A stretch of 59,242 nucleotides of DNA. Source: a virus. Its lineage: Duplodnaviria > Caudoviricetes. Of this stretch, positions 27,490 to 36,737 are shown one piece after another. Position numbers and translations under genes: made by a program. The stretch lies in IMG/VR virus record IMGVR_UViG_3300036398_002697, positions 1 to 59,242 of that record. One strand, given 5' to 3'. Positions within the stretch are counted from its first letter, which is position 1; every line of letters starts with the position of its first letter. The notes under the pieces were generated by a model. It was given only the letters and a program-made list of their open reading frames with translations, ran no database searches and was not told the DNA's origin.

Positions 27490-28179
27490 ATGAAACCAGA
27501 AGTCAAATTTGTATCTGCTACTCCTGATGCAGAAAAACATATGGCTTATTGTGCAAGAGTTTCAAATCCAAGTAATCAGAACTCTGATTCCTTTTCTGGT
27601 CTTTTAAAATACTGCATCAAGCATCAGCATTGGTCAATCTTCGAACAAGCTTTTCTTACCGTAGAGATCAATACTACTCGTGGTATCGCAGCACAAATAC
27701 TCCGGCATAGGAGCTTTACATATCAGGAATTTTCGCAACGTTATGCTGACAGCACTCTTCTTGGTAAATCAATTCCTCTTCCTGAACTTCGTCGTCAGGA
27801 TACAAAGAACCGTCAGAACTCTATTGATGACATTCCTGCATATCTGAACCTAGTTTTGAGTGAGGACATCCGTGTTCATTTTGAGCACTCTCTACGACTC
27901 TACAACCGTCTTCTAGAGAAAGGTGTGGCAAAGGAGTGTGCAAGGTTCGTACTGCCTCTAGCGACCCCTACACGACTCTATATGACCGGTTCTGTGCGTT
28001 CTTGGATCCATTACATTGATCTACGCTCTGCACACGGTACACAGAAGGAGCATATGGAGATTGCTGAGCTGGTACGTTGTATTTTTACTTGTCAGTTCCC
28101 TGCAGTATCTGAAGCACTTGGTTGGACTCGTGAAGGATGTCCTGAATGCACAGACGCTCCTTCTATTACTATTGAATAA
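27490..28179 (+). CDS. thyX: Flavin-dependent thymidylate synthase
   Basis: ARVSNP, HWSIFE, QILRHRSFTYQEFSQRY and KECARFVLP motifs. The start is 27490 or 27463. Confidence 0.96.
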   Translation: MKPEVKFVSATPDAEKHMAYCARVSNPSNQNSDSFSGLLKYCIKHQHWSIFEQAFLTVEINTTRGIAAQILRHRSFTYQEFSQRYADSTLLGKSIPLPELRRQDTKNRQNSIDDIPAYLNLVLSEDIRVHFEHSLRLYNRLLEKGVAKECARFVLPLATPTRLYMTGSVRSWIHYIDLRSAHGTQKEHMEIAELVRCIFTCQFPAVSEALGWTREGCPECTDAPSITIE

Positions 28180-28207
28180 ATATTTGCATACAGAATGGAG
28201 GTTTAAA

Positions 28208-28456
28208 TTGCCAACTTATCCCGTAGTTAATAAAGAGACTGGTGAACAAAAAGAAGTGACAATGAGTGTTCTTGATTGGGACCAATGGAAACAAGACAAT
28301 CCTCAATGGGAAAGAGATTGGTCTGATCCAAGCACTTGTCCTTCATCAGCAGAAGTTGGTGAAGTATATGACCGACTTCGCAAATCACATCCTGGTTGGA
28401 ATGATGTACTTCACAAAGCATCAAAAGCACCAGGTTCTAAAGTAAAACCAGTTTAA
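28208..28456 (+). CDS. Conserved small cyanophage protein (MPTY N-terminus)
   Basis: ATAAATA late promoter, GGAGGT RBS, TTG start at 28208. Confidence 0.65.
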   Translation: MPTYPVVNKETGEQKEVTMSVLDWDQWKQDNPQWERDWSDPSTCPSSAEVGEVYDRLRKSHPGWNDVLHKASKAPGSKVKPV

Positions 28457-28460
28457 TCAT

Positions 28461-29219
28461 ATGCCATCTAAGAAAAGAAACACTCCTCAGAACCCAGTTC
28501 CCTTTGGTATGAGTAATCGACAGATGAAAAGGAAGAAGCCAATTAATCTTGATTTGATTAGAGAGATTGAACCTCTTACAGATAATCAAGAACTATTATT
28601 CCAATCTTATAAAAAAGATCAGAACATCGTTGCATATGGTGCTGCTGGTACTGGTAAGACATTCATTACTCTTTATAATGCATTAAGAGATGTACTTGAA
28701 GAAAAATCACCTTACGAAAAAATTTATATTGTACGTTCCCTTGTGGCAACTCGGGAGATTGGTTTTCTTCCAGGTGATCATGAGGATAAGTCCTCTCTTT
28801 ATCAGATTCCATATAAGAATATGGTAAAGTACATGTTTGAAATGCCAGATGATTCTGCATTTGAAATGTTGTATGGTAATCTCAAAACTCAAGGTACGAT
28901 TAGTTTTTGGAGTACTTCTTTTATTCGTGGTACAACTCTTGATAATTCCATCATTATTGTCGATGAATTTCAAAACTTGAATTTTCATGAACTTGATAGT
29001 ATCATTACTCGTGTAGGAGAAAATTCTAAGATCATGTTCTGTGGTGATGCTACTCAATCTGATCTTGTTAAAACTGCGGAAAAGAATGGTATTATCGATT
29101 TTATGCGAATTATGAATGTTATGCCATCAATCGACGTAATTGAATTTGGTGTCGAAGATATTGTCCGTTCAGGTCTCTGTAAAGAATATCTAATTGCAAA
29201 AGCGGAATTAAATCTATGA
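28461..29219 (+). CDS. phoH: PhoH-family ATPase
   Basis: GAAGTGKT, IGFLPG, RGTTL, DEFQN, TRVG and GD..QSDL motifs. Confidence 0.95.
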   Translation: MPSKKRNTPQNPVPFGMSNRQMKRKKPINLDLIREIEPLTDNQELLFQSYKKDQNIVAYGAAGTGKTFITLYNALRDVLEEKSPYEKIYIVRSLVATREIGFLPGDHEDKSSLYQIPYKNMVKYMFEMPDDSAFEMLYGNLKTQGTISFWSTSFIRGTTLDNSIIIVDEFQNLNFHELDSIITRVGENSKIMFCGDATQSDLVKTAEKNGIIDFMRIMNVMPSIDVIEFGVEDIVRSGLCKEYLIAKAELNL

Positions 29220-29896
29220 CATTTATTCATCATAATTTTTTAGGTGACATTGAACTAGAATGTAAAACAACAGAAAGCATCCGTCTCTATAACATTCCTA
29301 ATGGAGATTGGGTGCCTTCTATTACTTCGGTTACTTCATTTTATAATCGTCAGATCTTTGCAAAGTGGCGTGAGCGTGTTGGTATTGAAGAAGCAAATCG
29401 CATTACAAAAAGAGCAACTGCAAGAGGAACAGATTTTCACCAAGTGTGTCAGGACTACCTTGAAAACAAGGAGTTGAACTGGGATAATTATCAACTCCTG
29501 ACAAAACACATGTTTCATCATGCAAAACCATATCTGGATAAGATAAATAATATTCATGCAATTGAAAGAACTCTATACTCCGAGTATCTTGGACTTGCGG
29601 GTAGAGTAGATTGTATTGCAGAATATGAAGGTGAACTTGCTGTTATTGACTTTAAGACATCAGAAAAAATTAAACCAGAAGCATGGATTGAAAATTACTT
29701 TGTTCAAGAAACATTCTATGCTGCTGCATATTATGAACTGACAGGTAAGGTAGTTAAAAAACTCATTACACTTATGGTTACTCCAGGTGGAGAAGTCAAA
29801 GTATTTGACAAAAGGAACAAAGACGACTATATTAGGTTATTAGTTCGCTACATTAAAGAATTTGTACATCACAATACTGGGTCAAATGGAGAATGA
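29216..29896 (+). CDS. PD-(D/E)XK exonuclease
   Basis: PSITSV, RGTDFH and AGRVDCI..IDFKTS motifs; usual position after phoH. Confidence 0.88.
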   Translation: MTFIHHNFLGDIELECKTTESIRLYNIPNGDWVPSITSVTSFYNRQIFAKWRERVGIEEANRITKRATARGTDFHQVCQDYLENKELNWDNYQLLTKHMFHHAKPYLDKINNIHAIERTLYSEYLGLAGRVDCIAEYEGELAVIDFKTSEKIKPEAWIENYFVQETFYAAAYYELTGKVVKKLITLMVTPGGEVKVFDKRNKDDYIRLLVRYIKEFVHHNTGSNGE

Positions 29897-30143
29897 GTTA
29901 GAGAAAGTATTAGAAAGTAAATTCTTTTGTCCTTCTCGATTCGCACAAGAGATTGAATCTTTAGTGCAAACCAACGAAGAGATGAACTATATTGATGCGA
30001 TTGTTTACTTTTGCGAAAAGAATAACATCGATGTAGAATCTGTTCCTAAACTTATCTCAAAACCTTTGAAAGAAAAGATTAAGTATGAGGCAATGGAACT
30101 TAATTTCTTAAAGAAAACTTCCCGTGCAAAATTAATTTTTTGA
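29886..30143 (+). CDS. Late-transcription coactivator gp33
   Basis: YIDAIVYFCEKNNID..KLISKPLKEKI..EA; synteny. Confidence 0.85.
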   Translation: MENELEKVLESKFFCPSRFAQEIESLVQTNEEMNYIDAIVYFCEKNNIDVESVPKLISKPLKEKIKYEAMELNFLKKTSRAKLIF

Positions 30144-30740
30144 ATGATGCCCTTTGATGCCTATCGTCAATATCTTGCTCTGAAGAATCACTTCACTAAA
30201 GACAGTTATGACTATCACAAGTATTGTGGCAAAAGTCGTGCGACTGTCCAATCTTTCTACAAACGTAAGGATAGATTTTGGTTTGAAAAAGTAGCAAGAC
30301 AAAAAACAGATCAAGAAGTTATTGAATTTTTTGTAGCGAACTTTGTATCTTGTCCTGATCCAGAAACTCTATGGATTGGAGAAATGATTAAAGAAGGAGA
30401 GGAAAGATACATAAATTGGAAGAAAAAAGTTCAATCACTCTCTTATATTTTTAAAGAAGAATCAGAGGAACTCTTCAGTCAAACGAAAGTAGATGAAGTA
30501 TTTCAGTGTTCAAAAGGTCATCCTTTGATTCTTAAAAAGTTCCTGAGCGGTAAAATTAGCTTGGAAACTATGGTCATTTACAATAGAATATTCCTGTTCG
30601 GGAATGACTATGATCAAAAATTACAAGACCCGGTGTGGCAAACCGTCAGTCGTAAAATTAGAAAGTATAATCCCTTTCTAAATATTGATGTATTCCGTTA
30701 TCGTAAAATTCTAAAAGAAATTATTCTAGGAGATGCATGA
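30144..30740 (+). CDS. Helicase loader gp59
   Basis: YLALKNHFT..YDYHKY.GK..FYKRKDR; ISLET. Confidence 0.88.
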   Translation: MMPFDAYRQYLALKNHFTKDSYDYHKYCGKSRATVQSFYKRKDRFWFEKVARQKTDQEVIEFFVANFVSCPDPETLWIGEMIKEGEERYINWKKKVQSLSYIFKEESEELFSQTKVDEVFQCSKGHPLILKKFLSGKISLETMVIYNRIFLFGNDYDQKLQDPVWQTVSRKIRKYNPFLNIDVFRYRKILKEIILGDA

Positions 30741-31081
30741 GTTTCTTTAAATCTGAAGTCGTCCGTGCAGAGATGACTGAAATCTCAGAAATGCAAGAAC
30801 AAATTTATAAAAATGTTTTTGAGTTTCCTCGTATGACTAAAGAGGAAAAGATGTTTCATGTAAATCTTCTTGGACAACTTTTGGAAAAACAAAAGGTGCT
30901 TTATACTCGTCTGAGTTTATCAGATGATCCCGAAGCACAAGAAATGAAAAAACGTATTGCTGAATCCGCGTCAATGATGGGTCTTCCATCAAACGTTGAT
31001 ATGAATGTGATCTTTAACAACATGAGCAAGATGCTTGAAGCAATGCGCGAAAGGATTGACGAAACAGGTTCAGACCTGTAG
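30737..31081 (+). CDS. DUF1825-like protein
   Basis: MSFFKSEVVRAE..LLEKQKVLYTRLSLSDDPEA. Confidence 0.75.
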   Translation: MSFFKSEVVRAEMTEISEMQEQIYKNVFEFPRMTKEEKMFHVNLLGQLLEKQKVLYTRLSLSDDPEAQEMKKRIAESASMMGLPSNVDMNVIFNNMSKMLEAMRERIDETGSDL

Positions 31082-31084
31082 AAT
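31056..31084 (+). promoter_or_regulatory. Sigma70-type promoter for gp32
   Basis: TTGACG-17 nt-TAGAAT; the spacer holds the inverted repeat ACAGGT/ACCTGT. Confidence 0.65.
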
Positions 31085-31131
31085 AACGAAGTACACAAAA
31101 GCCAAATCCGTACAAATACGAGGTAATCCGA

Positions 31132-32070
31132 ATGTCTTTTAACGATCTCAAAAAGCAATCTTCTCTTGGTTCGCTGACTGCGAAACTGGTAAAAGAAGTA
31201 GAGAAGATGAGTACAACTTCTGGTGGTGCTGATGAGCGTCTCTGGAAACCTGAAATGGACAAAACTGGTAACGGTTTTGCAGTGATTCGTTTTCTTCCTG
31301 CACCCGAAGGTGAAGAACTTCCTTGGGCAAAACTGTATACTCATGCATTCCAAGGTCCTGGTGGTTGGTACATTGAAAACTCTCTGACTACTACTGGTCA
31401 GAAAGATCCTGTTTCTGAGTACAACCGCGAACTCTGGAACAGTGGTCATGATTCAGATAAAGAAACTGTTCGTAAGCAAAAGCGTAAACTGTCTTACTAC
31501 AGCAACATCTATGTTGTAAAGGATCCTGCTAATCCTGCAAACGAAGGTAAGGTCTTCCTGTTTAAGTATGGTAAGAAGATCTTTGATAAGATTATGGAAG
31601 CAATGCAACCTGAGTTTGAGGACGAAACTCCGATCAATCCTTTTGATTTCTGGCAGGGTGCTAACTTCAAACTCAAAATCGTAAAGAAAGATGGGTATTG
31701 GAACTACGACAAGTCAGAATTTGACCGCGTTGCACCACTCCTGGATGATGATGATGCTCTTGAAGCCGTCTGGAAGAAGCAATACTCGCTCGCAGCGGTA
31801 ACTGCTCCTGATCAATTTAAGTCCTATGAACAACTTGAAGCACGTCTGAAAATGGTTCTAGGTCAAAAGAGTGCTCGTGCTGCAATTCAAGAACAAGAGG
31901 ATGAGTATGAGTCCTATGTTCAAACTCCTTCTAAAGAAGAGAGTGTGATTGCAGAACTGGAAGAGTCATATGCTCGTTCTAAGTCACCTTCACTTCCTGT
32001 TGTGAATAAGCAAGTTGATGAAGATGAAGATGATGCACTTTCATATTTCCAGCGTCTTGCTGAGGAATGA
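31132..32070 (+). CDS. Single-stranded DNA-binding protein gp32
   Basis: DERLWKP..GNGFAVIRFLP, WYIENSLTT, GANFKLK and an acidic tail. Confidence 0.96.
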   Translation: MSFNDLKKQSSLGSLTAKLVKEVEKMSTTSGGADERLWKPEMDKTGNGFAVIRFLPAPEGEELPWAKLYTHAFQGPGGWYIENSLTTTGQKDPVSEYNRELWNSGHDSDKETVRKQKRKLSYYSNIYVVKDPANPANEGKVFLFKYGKKIFDKIMEAMQPEFEDETPINPFDFWQGANFKLKIVKKDGYWNYDKSEFDRVAPLLDDDDALEAVWKKQYSLAAVTAPDQFKSYEQLEARLKMVLGQKSARAAIQEQEDEYESYVQTPSKEESVIAELEESYARSKSPSLPVVNKQVDEDEDDALSYFQRLAEE

Positions 32071-32739
32071 TTACTGAAATAACCTAATATTATCTCCTTT
32101 CTTCAAGGTAGCATTCACATACTGAGTGCTACCTTTTTTGTATGGCATAATCTGTTCCATATCATTCAGCACAACATTAATATAAGTTGGTTTGAGTATA
32201 AAGATATTTCTCTTATCATTTTGGATCTTTTCTTCATACTCAAGATTGGTTACTTCTTTAGTAATATTATTATTGCTAATTCTTTGTCCAGAATTAACAT
32301 CAAAGTATGAGATATTGTAATCAGATGGAACGGTAAGACCGGCAGGGACTATTGTTGAACCTATAGAATTTTTGACTTGAATTGTTTCATGGTGATGAAC
32401 TTGACCTAAAACTTCTTCAGAACCATACTTATCAATTAAGAAGTTATAAAATGCTTGTTGAGATAGTGGCCATTCTGTTTGAACATTGATGATATTATTT
32501 GCAATCAGAACTAACCAATCAAGAGTTTCATCATCATAAACTTTATATGCAACATTATCTGGTCTTTCGTCACCAATGATTTGATACTTGGTGAAGAATG
32601 AAAGGTCTCCAAAGATATCATCCCGAAGTTTTCCTCTTTTGAAAAGATTTTTTACTCTTGAATAATCGGATATTTTACGACCATCTTTAGTCGTATTGAC
32701 ATATTCAAAATCGGGAACTTGTCGGAAGTAACTTGGCAT
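32071..32739 (-). CDS. Baseplate wedge gp53
   Basis: YF..P, ERPDNVAYKVY..LDWLVL..NNI..EWPL and EE..NDKRNI motifs. Confidence 0.88.
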   Translation of the reverse strand: MPSYFRQVPDFEYVNTTKDGRKISDYSRVKNLFKRGKLRDDIFGDLSFFTKYQIIGDERPDNVAYKVYDDETLDWLVLIANNIINVQTEWPLSQQAFYNFLIDKYGSEEVLGQVHHHETIQVKNSIGSTIVPAGLTVPSDYNISYFDVNSGQRISNNNITKEVTNLEYEEKIQNDKRNIFILKPTYINVVLNDMEQIMPYKKGSTQYVNATLKKGDNIRLFQ

Positions 32740-32740
32740 T

Positions 32741-34123
32741 TTAGTAACCTATTTCGTAATCATTTAAGGGTCTTGAGGAGTCATAATAATCACTTTCATA
32801 TACTGGATCAACTTCACTAAATCTTAAACTTAACTGATACGATGTCATTGTTCTATCTGTATCAGAAAAAGTCATGTAACTTCCATCTGGAGTATAATCC
32901 ACATCACAACCAATTAAAGCACAAGTTTTAATTCTACCAATTGATGGATGTTCATTTAAAGTATCATCAACTAAGTATCTTATGTCAAATAAATTTGGTG
33001 ATTTTAAAAATACATCTGATGCTGAAGTTTTAATTGACATTCCTTGTTTAAAGAAACGAATTATTTGTTTTACATGACTTGCTTCTGTTTTGTCCCTGGG
33101 AGATAATCTAAAGGTAAAGTTAAATGGTCTAAGTTGCGGACCATTAAATAATAGTTCTAGGTTTGGATTTACAACTGCACCTGTTGCTCTAGAAAGTAAA
33201 TTTTGAACAGATGCTGCTTCTCCTGCTAGATATATTTTAAAAAATTCTCCAAAACCATATTCACCACTTTTCAAAGCTCTTGCTATTTCTTGTGCTATTG
33301 GTAAAGCTGAAGAACCAATTTGTTGATCTCCTTGCAATTTCATTGATGATCCTGCAGCAAGAGCTTGTAATGGATTTAAATTTGATCCTCCCCAATCAAC
33401 TGAATTGCTATCTGTAATTGAAGGTTGAACTGCAAGTGTCACTGAACCTTCTATTGTTTGTGTTGGATTTTTTCTGGAAACTAAATCTCCTCTTAATGAT
33501 AAATTAAATTCACTTCCAACATTTCTTTTCATTGTAAATTTAATTCTGTCCTGCTTGTTACTACTTATTTCAAAAGGATAATACCAATTTCCATAGTCAT
33601 CTCTTATTTTTGTGCTGTCTGGTATTTCTCCAGAGACATTTAAATCTGCTTTATCTAATGCTTCTCTTGCTTGATCTGAAGTTGCGGCCCCTTGGTCATC
33701 TTTAGGTGCTAATGGATCTACAACTGGGGCAGTTGCCGTTTGTGCTGGGCCATTTATTAAATTATTTGCTTGTGTTGACCTTTGTTGATAATCAGTAACA
33801 CCCAAATCATATAAAGATTTTTCTGTGGTTATTTTGGCTTGTTCTTTAACGCCTTTGACTATGTTTGGTTGACTAAAATATTGCAATTCTGTAGATGAAG
33901 CTGCAGAACTTCCTGAAAAAGTTTCTCCTCTTGGTATTGTTCCTACTTCTATTATAGAATTTGGATCGTTTGGAACAGAACTATATACTGTTATTTTGCC
34001 TGGTGTTGTTGAATTTTCATCATCAATGACCAATGAATATTGAACACTTTGTAAGTTTTTTCCAAATTTATTATTTTTATCTGCTCTAAAATAATTTGAT
34101 TCTTTAGATCCGTAAGTTGCCAT
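32741..34123 (-). CDS. Baseplate tail-tube cap gp48
   Basis: NPNLELLFNGPQLRPFNFTFRLSPR; CDVDYTPDG..LRFSE. Confidence 0.82.
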   Translation of the reverse strand: MATYGSKESNYFRADKNNKFGKNLQSVQYSLVIDDENSTTPGKITVYSSVPNDPNSIIEVGTIPRGETFSGSSAASSTELQYFSQPNIVKGVKEQAKITTEKSLYDLGVTDYQQRSTQANNLINGPAQTATAPVVDPLAPKDDQGAATSDQAREALDKADLNVSGEIPDSTKIRDDYGNWYYPFEISSNKQDRIKFTMKRNVGSEFNLSLRGDLVSRKNPTQTIEGSVTLAVQPSITDSNSVDWGGSNLNPLQALAAGSSMKLQGDQQIGSSALPIAQEIARALKSGEYGFGEFFKIYLAGEAASVQNLLSRATGAVVNPNLELLFNGPQLRPFNFTFRLSPRDKTEASHVKQIIRFFKQGMSIKTSASDVFLKSPNLFDIRYLVDDTLNEHPSIGRIKTCALIGCDVDYTPDGSYMTFSDTDRTMTSYQLSLRFSEVDPVYESDYYDSSRPLNDYEIGY

Positions 34124-34185
34124 CAGAAATCCTCCCCAACTACAAGAGGATTAAGTATCTCAATTTTTTGTAGAGTATGAGACAT
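34123..34185 (-). CDS. 20-aa peptide coupled to gp48, not in the ORF track
   Basis: MSHTLQKIEILNPLVVGEDF; TGATG overlap with the gp48 start; CTAAATA late promoter upstream. Confidence 0.4.
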   Translation of the reverse strand: MSHTLQKIEILNPLVVGEDF

Positions 34186-34210
34186 TTATAGTTCTTTTTT
34201 ATCTATTTAG

Positions 34211-34594
34211 TTATGGTTTCTTCAAGAACCTAGCATACGGAACAGAACGTAAGTAGTCAATCTCATTGTTTTTTATAATGTGTAATGGTCCAGCAACTTC
34301 TTGCCATGTATAATTTCTTACAGTTCCCCAGTGAAAATTTAATCCTCTAAATCCCCACCTTTGAATATCAATACATGCAATCAATGGGTGAACATCAAAA
34401 GTAATACCTGGTGTTTTTGCAAGATATATGAAAGTGTAATATTTACCAACTTCTGGTATAAATTCAGTTTCACGAAAGATGCTTATGATTTCCATCATAA
34501 TTGAATCCGAATCAGTAAGTCCTCTTATTCTTCTTTTGAGTTGATTTACTCTAGATGAAGAAGACCTAATATCCTTACCGAAACCTTCTGACAT
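34211..34594 (-). CDS. gp2-like DNA end protector, short form
   Basis: GKYYTFIY.AK..D.HPL..GFRGLNFHW resembles the gp2 core; adjacent to gp4. Confidence 0.55.
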   Translation of the reverse strand: MSEGFGKDIRSSSSRVNQLKRRIRGLTDSDSIMMEIISIFRETEFIPEVGKYYTFIYLAKTPGITFDVHPLIACIDIQRWGFRGLNFHWGTVRNYTWQEVAGPLHIIKNNEIDYLRSVPYARFLKKP

Positions 34595-35037
34595 TACCTG
34601 ATACCTAAGTGATCTTCTGTGATAACCTTGAACTCAATTAATCTATCAGCACAAAATTCTTCCGCTGCTTTCCATTTTGCTTGATTGACAGCGTAGGTTT
34701 TCATTTCATATAACCATGACTTTGTTTTTCTTTTTGGAACTTTTGGTTCCATTGTTTGTCTTTTTGGTTTTACTTCAATAACGTAAGTTTTAATGTCACC
34801 ATTCTGTTCTCTAACTTTGATAATAAAATCTGGAAAGTATCTGTGAACTTTATTATCAACTGGAGATCGGTAGGGGATCCAAAATTCTTCGCTTCCCCAT
34901 TCTAATACATTCTCATTGAGATCGCACCAGTGACAGAACTTTCTTTCCCAACTACTTCTGCAAATTATATTGTTTGGATCACCCTTATACTTTTTGGGAA
35001 AGGAAGGTTTATATCTGCTCTTAATACTTTCTCCCAT
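34594..35037 (-). CDS. Head completion nuclease gp4 (TnsA-like)
   Basis: KYKGDP..RSSWER, WGSEE, HRYFPDF, IEVKP and NQAKW motifs. Confidence 0.92.
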   Translation of the reverse strand: MGESIKSRYKPSFPKKYKGDPNNIICRSSWERKFCHWCDLNENVLEWGSEEFWIPYRSPVDNKVHRYFPDFIIKVREQNGDIKTYVIEVKPKRQTMEPKVPKRKTKSWLYEMKTYAVNQAKWKAAEEFCADRLIEFKVITEDHLGIR

Positions 35038-35079
35038 ATCTCTACTACATAATGTATAAGCAAAAATATTTATAGATAC

Positions 35080-35805
35080 ATGGCTGCACCAGCACCATTA
35101 ACAAAAACGGTATCGGATTTAAAAGCGTCTATTCTCAGACCAGCATTAACTTCTAATTTTCAATGTTGGTTTCAACCACCATCAGAAGTTAATGCTTGGT
35201 TGTCGCAAAGAAAAAATGCGGGTCTTGGTAACTATTCATCATCTCAAGATGATCTAATTTCTTTATCATGCTCTGAGGCAACTTTGCCAGGTTCATCTTT
35301 AGCAACTCATGAAATTAATAATGACTATAGTGGTGTAACAGAAAGACATGCATATAGAAGACAATATGATGATAGAGCTTCATTTACTTTCTATGTTGAT
35401 AGTAATTATGAAATACTTTATTTTTTTGAAAATTGGATCGCATACATTGTAAATGAACAAAGAACTGATTCAAATGCATTTGGACCAGGAATGGATAAAC
35501 CAAATTTTTCTTATAGAGTTAATTTTCCAAAAGATTATCAACAAACAATTTATATTACTAAATTTGAGAAAGATTATACGGGAAGATCTTTAGTATATAA
35601 TTTTATTCAAGCATATCCAATCAGCATTGATTCTATGCCTGTATCATATGATTCATCTCAATTGCTAAAATGCACTGTGTCATTCACTTATTCTAGATAT
35701 ATTATTAATTCTGAAACTATACCAACTTCAAGTTTAACTGAAGATTTAAGTTTGGGTCTTAATGATTTAATAACGAGTCCAACTTCAACATCTCCAGTCG
35801 CTTAA
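35080..35805 (+). CDS. Tail-tube-related protein (gp19/gp54-like)
   Basis: LSCSEATLPG, TFYVD..FFENW and AYPISI..V.FTY motifs. Confidence 0.7.
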   Translation: MAAPAPLTKTVSDLKASILRPALTSNFQCWFQPPSEVNAWLSQRKNAGLGNYSSSQDDLISLSCSEATLPGSSLATHEINNDYSGVTERHAYRRQYDDRASFTFYVDSNYEILYFFENWIAYIVNEQRTDSNAFGPGMDKPNFSYRVNFPKDYQQTIYITKFEKDYTGRSLVYNFIQAYPISIDSMPVSYDSSQLLKCTVSFTYSRYIINSETIPTSSLTEDLSLGLNDLITSPTSTSPVA

Positions 35806-35838
35806 TAAATAATCACACTGAAACATCTATAGGATATT

Positions 35839-36558
35839 ATGCCTTTACCAAAGATCTCTACGCCAACATATGAGTTGGAATTGCCTTCAACTGGTCAAAC
35901 AATTCAGTACAGACCATTTTTAGTTAAAGAAGAAAAACTTTTAGTATTAGCACTTGAAAGTGAAAATACAAAAGAGATTACAACAGCAATCAAAAATGTA
36001 ATTAAATCTTGTATTCATACGAAAGGAATCAAAGTAGAATCTCTTCCAACGTTTGATATTGAGTATCTCTTTTTAAACATTAGAGGCAAATCTGTTGGAG
36101 AAGAAATTGAAGTTAATATCATCTGTCCTGATGATGGGGATACTTTTGTTCCTGTGAAGATTAATATTGATGATATTAAAGTTCAAAAGCAAGAAGAACA
36201 TACAAACAAAATTAAGGTTGATGATTCAATCGTAATGGAAATGAAGTATCCATCTCTTGATCAATTCATTAAGAGTAATTTTGATTTTAGTTCTGATACT
36301 TCTATGGATCAATCATTTGATCTCGTTGCTGCATGTATTGATAAAATTTATAATGATGAAGAAGTTTGGACTGCATCTGATTGCACCAAGAAAGAACTTG
36401 TAGATTTCCTTGAGCAAATGAATTCATCTCAGTTTAAAGAAATTGAGAAGTTTTTTGAAACAATGCCAAAACTATCTCATGAAGTTAAAGTTAAAAATCC
36501 AAAAACTGAAGTTGAAAGTACGGTAGTACTGGAGGGACTCTCAAGTTTTTTCGCATAG
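35839..36558 (+). CDS. Baseplate hub assembly protein gp26
   Basis: MPLPKI.TPTYELELPS..RPFLVKEEK, FDIEYLFLNIRGKSVGE and FFETMP motifs. Confidence 0.92.
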   Translation: MPLPKISTPTYELELPSTGQTIQYRPFLVKEEKLLVLALESENTKEITTAIKNVIKSCIHTKGIKVESLPTFDIEYLFLNIRGKSVGEEIEVNIICPDDGDTFVPVKINIDDIKVQKQEEHTNKIKVDDSIVMEMKYPSLDQFIKSNFDFSSDTSMDQSFDLVAACIDKIYNDEEVWTASDCTKKELVDFLEQMNSSQFKEIEKFFETMPKLSHEVKVKNPKTEVESTVVLEGLSSFFA

Positions 36559-36576
36559 CACTGGTCCACATGGACC
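36531..36576 (+). promoter_or_regulatory. Candidate -1 frameshift cassette between gp26 and gp51
   Basis: GGAGGG (36531-36536), T_TTT_TTC (36546-36552), hairpin GGTCC-acat-GGACC (36563-36576). The -1 frame is open into gp51. Confidence 0.65.
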
Positions 36577-36737
36577 TTGAGAGTTACTTTAAACTTAATT
36601 TCTCCTTGATGCAGTACCATAAATATTCATTAACTGAGATTGAAAATATGATCCCTTGGGAAAGGGACATCTATGTTGAATTGTTAAAAGCGCACTTAGA
36701 AGAAGAAAAAGCAAAGCAACAACAAAATGGGACCTGA
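36570..36737 (+). CDS. Baseplate hub assembly catalyst gp51-like, 55 aa, not in the ORF track
   Basis: MDLESYFKLNFSLMQYHKYSLTEIENMIPWERDIYV. Confidence 0.85.
   Translation: MDLESYFKLNFSLMQYHKYSLTEIENMIPWERDIYVELLKAHLEEEKAKQQQNGT

Noticed and set aside
28016-28207. N-terminal extension of the 146-aa ORF overlapping thyX
   Set aside because: A late promoter, GGAGGT RBS and TTG at 28208 define a shorter gene; the extension is an incidental open frame.
29216-29896. Cas4-like nuclease suggesting a CRISPR system
   Set aside because: It is the usual exonuclease between phoH and gp33. I saw no repeat-spacer array or other cas genes in the window.
30901-31449. 182-aa minus-strand ORF and similar antisense ORFs over petF, psbA, psbD and the tail genes
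   Set aside because: They lie opposite well-supported genes and have no independent motifs or RBS.
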